Below, one piece after another: positions 63,145 through 64,000 of a DNA stretch of 64,000 nt (the first letter of the stretch is position 1; each line of letters starts with the position of its first letter). This stretch comes from Microbotryum violaceum (lineage: Eukaryota), in assembly GCA_001244265.2 (NCBI GenBank), contig CDLV01000013.1, positions 248,001 through 312,000 of the forward strand, given 5' to 3'. The position numbers were made by a program, and so were the translations under genes. Below the pieces are notes generated by a model, which saw only the letters and a list, made by a program, of their open reading frames with translations, was not told where the DNA came from and ran no database searches.

Positions 63145-64000
63145 ATGGCACCCATCAAAGTCGCCGCAATCCAAGCTTCTTCGTGTGCCTACTCACTCGA
63201 CGAGTCGCTCGAAAAATTGTGGACCTTCACAAAGGAAGCGTCGGACGAAGGGCGAGCACAGCTGCTCGTCTTCCCAGAAGCGTTTCTCTCCGCGTACCCA
63301 AGACATCTGGCATTCGCCATTGGGAGTCGAACGTACGAGCAAAGGGACTGGTACGCGAGATACTTGGAAAGCGCGGTCAAGATCCCGCCGGGCGCCATGG
63401 GTCAACGTCATGGCGACCAAGATCGTAGCGAGACTCGTGACGCCCCGGCCAATGACTCGGATGAGTTTAGGGCGTTCAGAAGAATATGCTCAATCGCCGA
63501 AGTTTTCAAAGTCGTATGTAGCCTGAATCCAATACGATGGACTCTCAAGCGTCGCACTGAGACCTTTTTCTTGGCCCATCCCTTTTCGCAGTTCTTGTCC
63601 GACGATCGGCATCATCGAACGCTCCCTCGTTGGTGCGACGTTGTGGTGCAGCAAGATTCTCGTTTCCCCCGAGGGTAGGCTTTTGAGCCTTCATAGAAAG
63701 CTGCAGCCCACGGCTTGCGAGCGCAAGTTCTATATATCTGGGTTCGTGCTCGTTCACTCCCAAGTGAAGACATTGATAGCTGTGTCTCCTTTGCAGGCGT
63801 CGTATGGTCGCAAGGCCATGCGTGGAACGAGGATCAGCAAGGGTCCAGCTTGCAGGTGGTGGATACACCCATTGGAAAGGTCGGTCTCCCCGAGTGGCAT
63901 GCTGCTACGATCAAGACCTGTCAGTGGCTGACAAAATGTTTCGCTCGGCCATGTGGGGCGGCACATTTCTAGATTGGCGGCCTGATTTGCTGGGAGACCT
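63145..64000 (+). CDS. Nitrilase / carbon-nitrogen hydrolase; truncated by window edge
   Basis: IKVAAIQ; catalytic triad motifs LLVFPEAF (E), HRKLQPT (K), IGGLICWE (C). Confidence 0.92.

Noticed and set aside
1-64000. tRNA or rRNA genes
   Set aside because: No cloverleaf with T-loop/D-loop consensus or rRNA signature noticed by eye; tRNAscan-SE/Infernal needed to exclude them

Overview
Gene-dense, intron-rich fungal DNA: short GT-AG introns with CTGAC/CTAAC branch points and a basidiomycete-like gene set (lineage not determinable here). About 19 host genes are recognisable after manual splicing: phospholipase D, isocitrate lyase, a FYR-domain protein, Rev7-like HORMA protein, PX-domain protein, an orphan membrane protein, GH85 ENGase, chorismate synthase, RTA1-like protein, GST-like protein, Srf1-like PLD regulator, DUF2433-like metallophosphoesterase-fold protein, an LRR protein, muconate cycloisomerase, MFS transporter, NDUFAF7, FRA10AC1, a tiny YABBY/HMG-like protein and a nitrilase. 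The main accessory feature is a ~7.16-kb decayed KDZ (Kyakuja-Dileera-Zisupton) DNA transposon at about 50895-58054. It has diverged terminal inverted repeats, a flanking direct repeat consistent with an 8-bp TSD, a second convergent gene and an internal near-perfect 142-bp inverted repeat. The most unusual host gene appears to fuse an eIF3c-N-terminal-like helical domain to LRRs and an LRRC58-like BC-box/Cys-rich tail. All family assignments are by-eye motif recognition, not database searches, and exon boundaries are manual.
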